64,000 bases of DNA from Octopus vulgaris (GCA_951406725.2 OX597817.1:63550001-63614000); one strand, 5' to 3'; shown: positions 13,119 through 27,171, counted from the first letter of the stretch. Numbers and translations: made by a program. Notes: generated by a model not told the origin, from the letters alone.

Positions 13119-13149
13119 GTATAATTAAATATCAGGACTGATGCTATAT

Positions 13150-13985
13150 GCTATAGCAACGAAGCTGAAGCACATAGAGTGATGCCGCTCGGCACAGATT
13201 GACCTGGAACTCTGCTATGAACGTACACAAAGTTTTAACCTTCTCGCTCACTTCCGCTGTTTACAACAGTGCTTAGAAGGAACGTGTGTAACGTGTGATC
13301 ATGCATTGACCATGACAGAGGACAGTTCAGCAGAAAAACTACATAAAATTTTGCCAAAACCTGAAGATACCTACTCAGAGGCCTACGCAAAGTTTTCAAA
13401 CAGTTTTCATCGTTCTCGACACAATTAAGGAGATCTTCTGTAACTGAAACCCGAGTGTCTACTTGGTCAGCTGAAATCAGTTTTGACCCAAACTTGGCAG
13501 TCACGCGCCTCATTCCAAAATCTTCAGTGATAGTGGAGTGAACTGAACCATAACTAATCTACACATCCTCTGATAACTCATGGATGGTGATTCGACGCTT
13601 TCTCCTCACAGCTGCACGCCCGTCAGCGATGTTTTTCTCAGTTTTACTGGTTGCGGGTCTCCCGGAATGTTCGTCAATATCGATATTTTTCGGCCATCTT
13701 GGAAACGTCTGAAGCACACGTACACTTGTATGCAGCTCATACACTCCTCTCCATAAACCTCCTATACCCTTGTATAGGCTTCTGAGTAGGTATCGCCATG
13801 ACAACTTCCTGTCATGGTCAATGCGACGATCACACGTTACACACGTTCCTTTCAATAAATACTGTAAACAGCGGAAGTGGGCCAGAATGTTAAAACGTAG
13901 TGCGCATGCACAACAGAGTTCAAGGTCAATATTTGCCAAGCGGCTGCAGTTTGTGTGCTTTAGCTTCGTCACTATCGCAACTTAT
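13150..13985. mobile_element. Foldback non-autonomous mariner derivative (5' end duplicated in inverted orientation)
   Basis: Arms ~13150-13390 and ~13770-13985 are diverged reverse complements; minus-strand remnants EHSGRPATSKTEKNI..RRITIHELSEDV and MRRVTAKFGSKL are the mariner N-terminal HTH and WVP-linker region. Confidence 0.8.
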
Positions 13986-14392
13986 TGATCAGACTACGTA
14001 TATATATGCGTGTGTATATATATATATATATATAGATATATACACACATACACACAAATACACACACACACACATATATATATATATTGTCTACAGGTAT
14101 AGTCCAGATATTCTCCACTGGTATAATCCAGTGATTCGGATGAATAAATTAGAAACATTAAATATATTAAATATATTAAATATATTAAATGTAATAATTT
14201 AGGCATGAAATACAAAGTATGTATATATGTTCACACGCAAAACGACAGAAAGCGAAAAAGCGGAGACTTTCAGAGGATGAATTTTTAAGTATAAATATTT
14301 CGATATTTATATTAACAAGTCTAAATTATACAGAATACAAACGACAGGGAAAATTAAATAGGTGGAAGAAAGGTGTTATATGTCCACCGGAT

Positions 14393-14460
<68 letters not shown>

Positions 14461-14532
14461 GAGTCCAGTGGACTTATAACACCTTCCTTCCCCTCTGTCT
14501 TTCTCTTTAACCTCCCTCCCTCCCTCTCTCTT

Positions 14533-14599
<67 letters not shown>

Positions 14600-15580
14600 A
14601 AATATATATATATATATATATACAGAATCTTTCAAACCAAATCCAAAAACGAAATATATATATACATGTATATATACATACACATATATATGGAAAAAAA
14701 AAGTCAAGGTAGAAAATGCTAGAATAATTTTAAATAATTTTATAAAGATTTTTTATATGGGTTAATTATACTATCACATGTCGAGAATTCTGTCGGCTGG
14801 GTCTAAAAAAAACGATCTTTCAAATTTCTTCTTGTGTGTGTTGTTATGATCTCAGTTTTTAGGTGATAGAAATCGGCTGTCTCGTCTGAGTATTATTCAA
14901 GGGCAGGATGATAGGAAGAATAATCGCCTTCTCTCTCTGTCATTCTTTCTGTATCTGCCTTTTCCTTAAATAGTTGTGTTGATAAAATGTATTTTCTGGA
15001 ATATTAACTTCTTTTTTGAATTCCTGTAGTTAAACATATTTACGAGTTTTCATGCACTATGACAGCTCACATCCTGTCCATTAAGTACTTCTTATATTGT
15101 TTAACTGTCAAGGAAGCATAATACAAACGGTTGCTTCAGTTGGTGAAGAGGCGAGTGAGTAGTAATGCATCACAGTTTACTAACACATTATGTGGGTTAT
15201 TTCAGTTTTATATTTAAAAAGATATAGGTGAACATGTTACGTCACTTATTAGATATAATCCGTAATGACAGCGGCAATGTTTGAGCCTTGTCTCACATCT
15301 GCTCCGATCAACTGGAGTCGGTGTTGCCAAATTTGTTATAGCATTGATCCCTTCACGGTATCATTGATAACTCACCGACCTCGATAATGTCAATTTCTAA
15401 AATAAAATTAAAATGCATAGTAAAAACTTTTTTATTTATTTAAAAAGCAATTCCTTCCTTCTTTTGTATCATGACTACTTTTTAATAAGAAATCTTTAAA
15501 GAAATTTAATAAAAATACTTAACGAAATTGTTAAAGATTAATAAAAATATATTCACATAATATTGCTATAGCCAGAATAT

Positions 15581-15880
15581 CTAATTTGAAATATGTACTA
15601 TGTAAATGCTAGATACTACATTAATATTTGGTTGGAAATTAGTGAGTTTTAGTCTTAAATTACCACTATCTTCCAGATTCATTAATAATCCAGCATCATT
15701 AGCGCTCAAAACCGATTCAAGTGCTTATTGACCTCTTAGACAATCACCTAGAACTCCAGAAGTCAATACTAACTACTTTACCGCCTTCTCCGCCCATGAA
15801 TCTGAATAATTAGAATGTACAAGCAGCAAAGCAGAGCTCTCACCTTCGGCTAAATAACACTGTAAAAGAGTTTCCCAAAT
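15581..15880 (-). mobile_element. hAT (Buster/Charlie-like) transposase C-terminal remnant
   Basis: Minus translation ESVLSA...NLEDSGNLRLKLTNFQPNI..HISN* resembles the GDLRL.LT..EPNI C-terminus of Buster/ZBED-type transposases; contains in-frame stops. Confidence 0.55.
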
Positions 15881-17467
15881 ATGACAATAGGAAATAGATT
15901 TCATAACTGACAATTTTTACACTCAAATACCATTGTTCTGGATAGAATTGTGAGTTAAGTGAAAAAAATATTTGTTGCTTATCTACGTTTATATCCCAGA
16001 AGGAAATGTTAAATCCTCTTTTGTAGCTGAATCTATGAGTAATATATTAGTTACGCCTTCACATATAGAAGTTGTTAAGTGACCTGAGCAATCACGGACA
16101 TATTATGAACAGGTGTATATGTGCATCTCTGTTTGTATATCCATAATGATTTTTTGGCTTGAATAATTATTTATGAGGCGGGTTTTTTTTTTGTTAAGTG
16201 AAGCGAGAAAGTCGTTATGTTTTAGCTGGTAAGATATCAATAACTTATTGAATGGAATATTCAAAACATTTTCAGTTTATATTGTCGGATCCGTTATTAA
16301 TTTCATTGGCAAATATAATGAAAATATTACTGATTAGTTGCCGCAGCTTTAGCGTACTTATATTGTCAAATCAATACAATGACAATGACATTATAATATA
16401 TTAAATAGTATTAAATAATATTAAGTAAAACTGATTGGAATCAAGTTTGAAATAAATATATTTGAAAAGTACAAAACTGCACATAGAAAAAGCATTAAAA
16501 TTATATTTCTTTTGAATATTAACGATGAAAATAAATTTTCATTGAGGAGGTGCATCGAAGTGAGTTCAGACATAACAGCTTTAACATTAGGTTAAACCTC
16601 CTTAATGGGAAAAAAACCCCGAGAAAGCTGTCTGTTGGGTATCTGTGTCTTAGACAAATGTGCTATCAATTACATCAAAGCATCCTTCTATCTTTCTGCA
16701 ATCAAACTTAACGTTTTAATTTTATTAGCGAGAAAGAAAAGTTACATGGTTCGAGTTGCACCAGTATCTCTCAGTATTTCCCTACCCCCATTGGATTAAA
16801 GAGGTTTTAATTCAATGTATTATAAGTTATTGTTTATGACTGAATTCTGAAATACATCGTCAAAAAATTTACTTTCTGAATTTACTTTCTGAGTGGAAAC
16901 AAACTTCTTTCTGGTAAGATTTAAAGCGTTTTAATTTGATCGGAGAACGGCATGAGGTCACTTTAATATTGATCATACAGCTATTTAGTTTCCAGAGAGT
17001 ATGTAGTTCGAGTCCTGTAAGCAGCTCTCCACTTCTTTTTCCATCCAAGAAACTTTTCCTTAATTGTACTACAAGCGGTTAGACAATTTTTAGTTAGAGA
17101 CTCATTGTTAAAAAAAATTTATTTACGTATTTCTTGAGGATTCTACACTTGGGTTTTAAATGTAGGCAAGGTAGAATATACTTTTATATTGACTTTGTTC
17201 AGGAGGGTTTAGTGATGGATCTCAATCTTCAACACATCACTGGTGAGTTATTTTATCAACCATGGGAGAAGGAGTACGGTAAAGTAGACACGAGTAGGGT
17301 TTGAAAATTGAAACTTAGAGGAAGGTGATGCATTTAAACCAGTGTGTCAAAGCCTCTACAACTTCAACATTTCTCTATCTCTTCATATCCCACTTCTTTC
17401 CCTGCAACAGAGATCATGGTTATAAGGTACCTGTGCATTTACATAAAAATTTGCGTGTTTGTCTGTC

Positions 17468-17569
<102 letters not shown>

Positions 17570-17579
17570 ATCTATCTGA

Positions 17580-17635
<56 letters not shown>

Positions 17636-18417
17636 GTGTGTGTGTGTGTGTATGTATATATATATATATATACATGTTTGTTAATTTGGCGATCCTTCAA
17701 TGTATGTGTCTACTTCCACTTTTGTCAATCAACGGTGAGAATGATTTCGTTTAAAAAAAGTATTGGGAGGTCAGTATTTACAATAATAAAAAATTGTTGT
17801 TAATGGCAATTCTTGAGTAAATATTTTTCGTTTCGGAATTTCACTTTCTATTTGATAGTTTAGCTTCTAAAACAACAACAACAACAACAGCAGCAACATG
17901 AAAATGAACAACTATTTAACAAATATTAATTGAGCTTATTTTTAATGACCTTCCCCAGAGAGTTCACACAGATTCATTCAACTATGGGCTAAATGGGGTA
18001 TAGAACTTCACTCAACAACACAATAAATTTAAAAACACATTTCAAATACAAATATTCAATGTGTGTGTGGATGTGTGTGGATGTGTCCAGATGCATATAT
18101 ATTTGTATATGTATATATACATGTATGTGTATATATATATATATATATATACATACATGTATGTATACATATACAAACATATAAGCATCTATACACATCC
18201 ACACACATCCACAAACGTACACACACACACACACCATCGGCTGACAAAATGGAAGTAGTGCCATAAGTTCAAGAATCGCCATATATATTACTCTGCCATC
18301 GTGCTGAACATTTTATTTTATTTATTATTTGACATCGTTTACTAATACCTACATGTATACATACAAATATATGCATGTATATATGAATGTGTGTGTGTGT
18401 GTGGGTATGTTTGTGTA

Positions 18418-18486
<69 letters not shown>

Positions 18487-18750
18487 AGTAAGTTTTATTA
18501 CTACAGTATATGCCAGTCTACGAAACATTTCTCAGTATTTTATAACAGAGGATCAAATTTACTAAAGGCTGCAATTTTTGCTAGTTACTACACGGGGTTT
18601 CACATTCTTGAACGTCAGTCACTCGTCAGTAACTATCTCTTTCGCTCTCTCTTTTTTCTCTCTCCACTTCTCTCTCGCTACTTGTCTATAAACATGTATA
18701 TGCATACACACACACATATACATATATACACACATATATATACATATATA

Positions 18751-18960
18751 CTCTTTTACTTGTTTTAGTCATTTGACTGCGGTCATGTTGGAGCACCGCC
18801 TTTAGTCGAGCAAATCGACCCCAGGACTTATTCTTTGTAAGCCTAGTACTTATTCTATCGGTCTCTTATGCCGAACTGCTAAGTTACGGGGACGTAAACA
18901 CACCACCATCGGTCGTCAAGCGATGGTGGAGCTACAAACACAGACACACAAACATAGACA

Positions 18961-19019
<59 letters not shown>

Positions 19020-19194
19020 TTATACATGTATACGACGGGCTTCCTTCAGTTTCCGTCTACCAAATCCACTCACAAGGCTTTGGTCGGCCTGAGGCTATAG
19101 TAGAAGACACTTGTCCAAGTTGCCACGCAGTGGGAATGAACCCGGAACCATGCGGTTGGTAAGCAAGCTACTTACCACACAGCCAGTCCTGCGC
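18751..19194 (-). mobile_element. SINE family A, full length
   Basis: tRNA-like head, central (CA)n/(TA)n tract and GAGTAAAA-type tail; highly similar to the copies at 26535, 35186 and 55611. Confidence 0.92.
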
Positions 19195-19278
19195 TATATA
19201 TATATATATATATACATACATACATGCATACATACATACATACATACATACATACATACATACATACATACATACATT

Positions 19279-19312
<34 letters not shown>

Positions 19313-19316
19313 TACA

Positions 19317-19395
<79 letters not shown>

Positions 19396-20038
19396 TACAT
19401 ATATAAGATATCTGAATTGTATAGTTTTCACGAAGCATTTTGTAATGCATATAAATATTTTAAATATATGATACTCCTCATATAAAGATCCTCTCGCGAG
19501 GAAGTTTAGGATATACAATATGTTCAACAATATGAATGAACATACAACATGTGAAGTGGGAGTATCACAGTAACACTTGTTCCTTATTTTTGCTTGATTT
19601 TGAACTGAAAATCACATAGAACGGATCCTGCTACTCAAATCTTTACAGAAAAGCATCACGCAAGAGCCATTTGCACATCGTAATTCGTATATCTCATCGG
19701 AGCTAAGATGGTCTGCATTAGAAATGTGACCTGCAGGATAGGTTGTAAGTGCAACGAAACGAGAAGCAAAAACTCGCTAACATTTAATTTCGAAAAGTCC
19801 TGATGGAGACTTGCTATTCGTACTCTATTAAAGGCCAGGATATCACCAAACCATTTAAAAATAAACCCACATATCCAGGGTAACATGTTTTCTGAAAGTG
19901 TCCTAAACTTGTAAAATTGCAACTATCGACCTGTTTTATCAATTTTTGTAATTTCCATTGATTTGGCTTTAAAAATATTGAAACCGTTCACACGCACACA
20001 CACGCACACATGCACGCACTCACGCGCACACACACATA

Positions 20039-21301
20039 TGAGGGGCGTTCATTAAGTAATGCCCCTGACCCACTTCCCATAGCAGCAGAGCAACGAAACT
20101 TGGCACAGTTATTAGTCTTTTTCTACATAGGAACCACCCAGAGTTACGGATTTTTCCCATCGTTTGATGCAGCTCTGGAGACCGTTTTTGTAGAAGACCC
20201 CCAGCTTGGTCCTCCAACCACGACGTGACTTCAGAAATCAAGGCTGCATCATCTGGGAAACGCTTTCCTTTCAAAAACAACTTCAGGCTGAGAAGAGGTG
20301 AAAATCAGAGGGTGCAAGGTCAGGAGAGTAGTGCTTCTGATCTGGTGACAAGCGAGTTGTGGACCGGAGGGTTGTCCTACAGGAGGAGGATGCCTTTGCC
20401 GATCTTGCCCCGCCTCTTGATTTTGATAGCTTCTCTTAATTTTCTCAAAAGTGAAGCATAACAGGCTCCTGTAATTGTGATACCCTTTGCCAGGAAATCT
20501 GCCATCACTACTCCGTCCTGGTCCCAGAAGCCTGTGAACGTGACCTTGCCAGCGGAGGGCTGCACCCTTGCCTTCTTTGGAGGAGGTGAGTCACGGTGCT
20601 TCCACTGCATTGACTGGGCTTTGGTCTCTGGATCATAGTGATGGACCCAGGTTTCATCCTGTGTAATCAGTCTTTTGAAAAACTTTGACTCATCTTCTTG
20701 GCACATCTCCAAATTCATCCTCGAGCACTCGAAGCGTTCTTGCTTCTGGAAAGGTGTGAGCAACCTGGGAATCCATCTGGCAGACACCTTTTGCATATGC
20801 AAATCGCCATGAATGATAGTTTCCACTAAACCCGGTACTAATCTTGACCTCATGGGCTATTTGGCGAATAGTTATGCGTCGATCTTCCAAAATGGCAGCC
20901 TCAGCTTGACAGACAGATGCCTCATCAATGGCAGAAGGGTGGGGGGCGACCAGATCTGGGAGCTGTTTCCACAGAGTTCCGACAATGTTTGAATTCACAA
21001 TGCCAGCGTTTTACAAGGTCATATGATGGGGCATCATCACCATAAGTTACTTTCATTTCATCAAAAGTCTCCCGTGGTGTGCGTCATTTCAAATACAAAA
21101 CCCGGATCACTGCTCGACACTCAACAGGCTCCATTTCACACCTGACTCAGTTCAAACACCTGTAAATCAGAAACCACAATTAGTTCAGAGCTGTAATTTT
21201 CCACTTAATCTATAGAGATATAAATAATTGCACATGCAAAATTTCAGCTAGATCAAACAAATGCAAGTGGGTCAGAGGCATTACTTCTTGAACGTCCCTC
21301 G
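20039..21301 (-). mobile_element. Near full-length mariner transposon (irritans/Hsmar2-like), inactive
   Basis: ~37-bp imperfect TIRs (TGAGGGGCGTTCATTAAGTAATGCCCCTGACCCACTT / AAGTGGGTCAGAGGCATTACTTCTTGAACGTCCCTCG); TA duplication at 20037-20038 and 21302-21303. Confidence 0.95.
20110..21134 (-). pseudogene. Mariner transposase pseudogene
   Basis: MEPVECRAVIRVLYLK* ... WIPRLLT ... ITQDETWVHHYDPETKAQSMQW ... LL*DNPPVH ... LKGKRF; stops, frameshifts and a deletion over the YSPDL region. Confidence 0.92.
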
Positions 21302-21873
21302 TACATATACACGCATATACATATATATTCATAATCATATGCGTGCATATGTCCATGAGCGGGGCCACGTATGTGAGTGTACGTGTGTGTGTGCGCACTC
21401 GTGAATATCATGGATGGATTCGTATCATGCAAAAATAATCCCTCCATTTTACCATTAGTCGTATAAAGTCCATCATTTAGGCGTATTAATCTATCAATAA
21501 TTTTCATTTGACAATTTTATATGTTGGTGATATACCTTTTACTTTCAATGAGATTAAACTAAAATTACATACAAAAACAAACAAAACAGCTCTCTTCCCG
21601 AGCGAATGCCTTTGCTAACATGTTTGTAAACAGATAAAATGGTCTTCCATTTAATAGCCATTTAATGGTAGGAAGGAAAGAGAAAATTTATTTCTTTTTT
21701 ACATTTGATGTTTAATACGTAGTCCATTACAACTATAGCCCCATGGTGTGAGATCATTTAACTTCAGTTGTTAAAAATTACGTTATGACAGCTATATATT
21801 TTTTTATTATTGGTTGAAAGACTGTATATGCGTGAATGTGTGTGTATGTGTGTGCATGTGAGTGCCTTGTGTC

Positions 21874-22231
21874 TATGTATGTATGTATGTATGTATGTAT
21901 GTATGTATGTATGTATGTATGTATGTATGTATGTATGTATGTATGTATGTATGTATCTATCTATCTATCTATCTGCCTGCCGATATATCTATGTATGTGT
22001 CTATCTATCTGCCTGCCGATGTATGTATGTATGTATGTATGTATGTATGTATGTATGTATGTATGTATGTATGTATGTATGTATGTATGTATGTATGTAT
22101 GCATGCATGCATGTATGTATGTATGTATGTATGTATCTATCTATCTATCTATCTATCCATCCATCCATCCATCCATCAATCCATCCGTCCATCTGTCTGT
22201 CTGTCTGTCTATCTACCTGTCTATCAATCTA
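21874..22231. repeat. Compound (TATG)n/(TCTA)n/(TCCA)n microsatellite
   Basis: Seen directly; (TATG)n/(TACA)n arrays recur throughout the window. Confidence 0.95.
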
Positions 22232-22907
22232 TCAGCTGAGTTTATCGTCAATATTGTCACGCCTCCTTCCTTCAAACGGGAAGGAAGAGCTATTTTCATC
22301 ATCCTTGTTGCTATGGCGAAAGAATGTATCTGGTGGACGCGTCTGAAAGGATTGGAGACAAACACTTTCCTCTCTGGTCAGTCTCTCATCAACTTCTTCA
22401 AGTACCACTTGAAAAGGAAAGTGAGAGTAGAAAGGCAAGTTTTTTTCTAGCGAATGTTTTAAAAAAAGTTGGGTGAATGTAGCAAGGATGGCACGTATGA
22501 ATGACGAAGCCACCTTGAGCATAATCCTATGAACCAAGAAATTGAAAACAGAGGGTTACCCACTTGCAAGCAAATGTGGTAACATATAACAATATTGACC
22601 GAGGTTACCGTGGTCTTTTTCGTAGGCTTTTCTTCCCACGGCTAAACCTTATCTGCTTCGCCCTTTACACCGTACATCATGACACTGTGATACACGATCC
22701 CTATTGATCGTTTTTTTCCTCTTCTCCTTTTTTCCATCTTTTTTCTTTTTTCTTTTCTTTTGTTTCTTTTCCTTTTTTTCTTTTATTCCTTTTACGATCC
22801 CTTTTGATCGAAAACCTACGCCACTTTTTTTTTCATCTCTCAAAAGAAAAGCTCTACCTTGTAATTTGTCCCATCTGTGTGCTGCTCTGTGTGGCCAATA
22901 AAGAAAC

Positions 22908-22908
<1 letters not shown>
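22232..22908 (+). mobile_element. L1/Tx1-like LINE 3' end (ORF2 tail plus 3' UTR), 5'-truncated
   Basis: AIFIILVAMAKECIWWTRLKG..FFKYHLKRK..; stop at ~22530; T-rich UTR; AATAAA at 22897-22902; homologous to the tail of 45420-46975. Confidence 0.75.
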
Positions 22909-23003
<95 letters not shown>

Positions 23004-23029
23004 GTGTGTGTAAGAGAGAGAAAGAGTGA

Positions 23030-23290
23030 ATGGCATAGTGGTTAGGGTGTTGCACTCACGATTTCGAGATGCTGGTCTCGATTTCGGACCAGGCGGCGCG
23101 TTGTGGTCTTGAGCAAATCACTTCATCTCGGGTCGCTCTCCGATCACTTCGACATCTGATGTGTAGCATACCGTGCACACCTGAACAGGTAATGTCGATT
23201 TAAGCTAATGCGCAGCACGGACATTTGATTACTATAAACAAATCATCTGTGTAGGCTGTTGATCTATAAATTGCAGAACCGTCTTTCTCG
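23030..23290 (+). mobile_element. tRNA-headed SINE (family B-like head, distinct tail)
   Basis: TGGCATAGTGGTTAGGGTGTTGCACTCACGAT..GGTCTCGATT..TCTTGAGCAAATCACTT. Confidence 0.75.
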
Positions 23291-23773
23291 AACTCACACA
23301 TATACACACACATTTGTATATATGTATACATACATACATACATACATACATACATACATACATACATACATACATACATGTGTGTAAGTCTTTTATGAAA
23401 TCACTCAGTCAAATGCTAATATAAATCATTGCTCATAATATGGAAGATAAATCTCTAATACGGAGAAAAGAAGACAATGTTACCCACAGAAATCCAACCA
23501 TGGGCCTGATGTAAAGTGGACGGTCATAATTCCACTACACTAGAGATACTTTCTGAATTTTAACCGCGGAAATATAGAGGCTTTAATGCTACAGGGGATA
23601 AAAGAAATTTAGGACCTATTTTGAGCCATTAAAGAATTTTAAAATGTTTCTGTGAACATATTCACGTTTAAATGCTGCTATAATTAACACGTTGCAATGT
23701 GTGCACCAAAAACTCCTCACACGGAGAAAAAAGTAATTGGATATAGGAACCCACGGGAATAGAACTGTGCGTC

Positions 23774-24052
23774 TGCTGTAGATAGAACGACTGGTTTATA
23801 TTTAAATTTCCCAAAGCTTCCAGGTTTTGTCCCACTACGTGGCACCTTGAGCTAGTCTTCTACAATGGCCTCGGGCCGACCAAAGCCTTGTGAAAGAATT
23901 TGGTTGATGGATACTGAAAGAAGCCCGTCAGATATATATATTGGTCGGCCCGAGGCCATTGTAGAAGACACTTGCTCAAGGTGCCACGCAGTGGGACAAA
24001 ACCTGGAAGCTTTGGGAAATTTAGATATAAACCAGTCGTTCTATCTACGGCA
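23774..24052. repeat. Local inverted duplication (arms 23774-23883 and 23941-24052) spanning a SINE A fragment and its flank
   Basis: GTAGATAGAACGACTGGTTTATAT...GGGCCGACCAA is reverse-complemented downstream with few differences. Confidence 0.92.
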
Positions 24053-24132
24053 CATATATATATATATATCTATATCTATATATCTATATCTATCTATATA
24101 TATATATATATCTATCTCTATATATATATATA

Positions 24133-24169
<37 letters not shown>

Positions 24170-24184
24170 ATATATATATCTATA

Positions 24185-24232
<48 letters not shown>

Positions 24233-24304
24233 CATATAAATATATATACACATACATATATACATATATGTATATATGTATGTGTGTGTGCGTGTGTGTG
24301 TGTG

Positions 24305-24517
24305 TGTCTTTGTGCATGTGTTTCTCCTCACATCACCGCTTGATAATCGGTGTTGTGTTTAAGTCTCCGTAACTTAAGCGGTTCGGCAAATGAGACCGAT
24401 AGAATAAGTATTAGACTTAAAAAGTAAGTCCTGGAGTCGATTTGTTCGACTAAAAAACCTGCACTCCGATGACTGAAACAAGTATAAAAGAATAAAAGAA
24501 TAAAAGAATAAAAGAAT
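24305..24517 (+). mobile_element. SINE family A, 3' half with (AAAAGAAT)n tail
   Basis: CGGTTCGGCAAA..GACCGATAGAATAAGTA..GACTGAAACAAGTA. Confidence 0.75.
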
Positions 24518-24746
24518 GCTACAAAGTACTATTTAAAAGAAACAGATTTCTTTTATGATATATAAGATTAAAGCTTCTAATTCAATCGGCTAAAAGCTTG
24601 TAAGTCTCTCTGGTGTAGTGCCATCGCTCAATTGGCTAACAGCCAGAATAATGTTTTCATTAAGACCTTATAGAAAATATGTGGGATCACATATTAAAAA
24701 AATTGCAGCCAATAAATACTTCATCAAGTTCTGAAAGAAGCCTGTC

Positions 24747-24777
<31 letters not shown>

Positions 24778-24839
24778 TGTATGTATGTATGTATGTATGT
24801 ATGTATGTATGTATGTATGTATGTATGTATGTATGTATG

Positions 24840-24884
<45 letters not shown>

Positions 24885-25085
24885 ATGTTTGTGTCTGTGT
24901 TTGTCCCCCCAACATCGCTTGACAAACGATGGTGGTGTGTTTACGTCCCCGTAACTTAGTTCGGCAAAAGTGACCGATAGAATAAGTACTAGGCTTACAA
25001 AGAATAAGTCCTGTGGTCGATTTGCTCGATTAAAGGTGGTGCTCCTGCATGGCCGCAGTCAAATGCTGAAACAAGTAAAAGAGTA
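24885..25085 (+). mobile_element. SINE family A, 3' half
   Basis: TTTACGTCCCCGTAACTTAG...GGCCGCAGTCAAATG..GAAACAAGTAAAAGAG. Confidence 0.85.
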
Positions 25086-25094
25086 ATCATGGAT

Positions 25095-25139
<45 letters not shown>

Positions 25140-25140
<1 letters not shown>

Positions 25141-25652
25141 TAGCAGTATCGCCCGGCGTTGCTCGGGTTTGTAAGGGAAATAACTATATAAGCATTTTTA
25201 GAGAGTTACTTCCTTTATAGATGCCAATTCGGGCTTTCTTAGCCATTTCTGTTTTGGTGTCTTCAAGCCATGAAGTCGTTGTTCTAAAAGAACGCTGGTC
25301 TCCTTGACAACGCATTACGACGTTGATTTCCTTAAACTCCCTTCCCCACAGCTTCACGAGGGAGGGAAGGGGGAGAAGCAAACAGGTGCAGGTGTGACCA
25401 TGGACGCCAACTCCGCCGCCATCGACACACGAAAAATTATGCATTAAAATGGAATAAAAAATGATGTTAAATTATTTTAAAAATCGTAGACTCATCGTAG
25501 ACGCGCGCTAATACTCAGACGGGCTCGATATGAATCACGACTATAAGATACCCGAATTTGATTAAACTGCACCGCAAAATGTGGGAGTAGTTAGGAATCT
25601 AAATCGTAGGAGACAGACACTCACACAACTACAGTTTTATATATATATATAT
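25140..25652 (-). mobile_element. Non-autonomous Helitron
   Basis: Minus-strand 3' end CCCGAGCAACGCCGGG hairpin then CTAG|T; close reverse copy of 44485-45122. Confidence 0.85.
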
Positions 25653-26361
25653 ATCCATAGTATCTCTAACATATATATATCCATACTTACCTCCTAATCA
25701 TAGTACGTGTGTGTGTGTGTATGTATACATACAAAAAATACATACACGCACACACACACACCCATGCACATATTTATGCGTCTGCACATTTTTGTTTATG
25801 GAACTGTACGAACAGCTGCAAGTGTTTATGGTGCGTATATCTTTATAGGTGTCTTTTGTTTGTAGCAGAACGAATTTATTAACGCTATATGCACACAGAA
25901 CATTATATTGAAATTATTGACTTTATCACATAATAAATTAACGCCCGTTTCCACTTACATTCTGTTCGTTTATTTAAATATGTCGGTGCAAATAGCTGTA
26001 TTTTTTTTATGATCAGTCATGTAATTTGTGTAGCGAGCTGGTTAGAGTGAAAGATAAGTTTTTATTATTTTTTTATTTTATTATTATTTTTTTTTTGCAG
26101 ATAGTTATTCTTTGTTGATATGGAGGCCTCCACCTTTGAAGGTGACCCTGACGATTACGACATGGAATGGTAAACAGAAACCACAAACCGTGTAAATAAT
26201 TACTGGAATCTGACAGAAAGAAATCATTTAACAAATTTTTGTGTTTCGAAGGAGGGTGAGTTCTGAACACTGACGTTGTTTTGTTTATTGCTGTTGTATT
26301 TGTTGTTATTATGTCTTGATAAAAAAATATGTTTATTTATGTTATCTTTTATATTTAAATA

Positions 26362-26522
26362 AGCGCAAGTGTGCCTGTGTGGTAAGAATTATGCGTCCCA
26401 ACCATACAGTTCTGGGTTCAGCCCCACTGCGTGATACCTTGGGCAAGTATCTCCAACGATAACCCCATGCCAACCAAATTCTTGTTATGTAGTAGACGGA
26501 AATTGAAAGAAGCCCGACGTGT
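26362..26522 (+). mobile_element. SINE family A, degenerate 5' half
   Basis: TGTGTGGTAAG..GGGTTCAGCCCCACTGCGTG..GTAGACGGAAA.TGAAAGAAGCCCG. Confidence 0.75.
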
Positions 26523-26534
26523 ATATATATATAT

Positions 26535-26981
26535 CTTTTACTCTTTTACTTGTTTCAGTCATTTGACTGAGGCTATGCTGGAGCACCACCTTTAGTCGAA
26601 CAAATCGACGTCAGGACTTATTCTTTGTAAGCCTAGTACTTATTCTATCGGTCTCTTTTGCCGAACCACTAAGTTACGGGAACGTAAACACACCAGCATC
26701 GGTTGTGAGGCGGCGATGATGGAGGGACAAACACAGACACAAATAACAAACAAACACACACATACACACACACACACACACATACACACACACACACAAA
26801 CATATGCATATACATATATACGACGGGCTTCTTTCAGTTTCCGTCTACCAAATCCACTCACAAGGCTTTGGTCGGTCCGAGGATATAGTAGAAGACACTT
26901 GCTCAAGTTGCCACGCAATGGGGCTGAACCCGGAACAATGTGGTTGGGAAGCAAGCTTCTTACCACACAGCCCCTCATGCG

Positions 26982-26983
<2 letters not shown>
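26535..26983 (-). mobile_element. SINE family A, full length
   Basis: Same structure as 18751-19194. Confidence 0.92.
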
Positions 26984-27039
<56 letters not shown>

Positions 27040-27171
27040 AGTTCAGCAAAAATTTAGATTCAAATGAATATGGTACTTAATTTAGATGCACCAGAATTTT
27101 GTATGGTGTTATCCATAAAAATCCGTGGGGTGATTATAATCAAAATAAGTAACAAGAATGACTCCGGTAAT

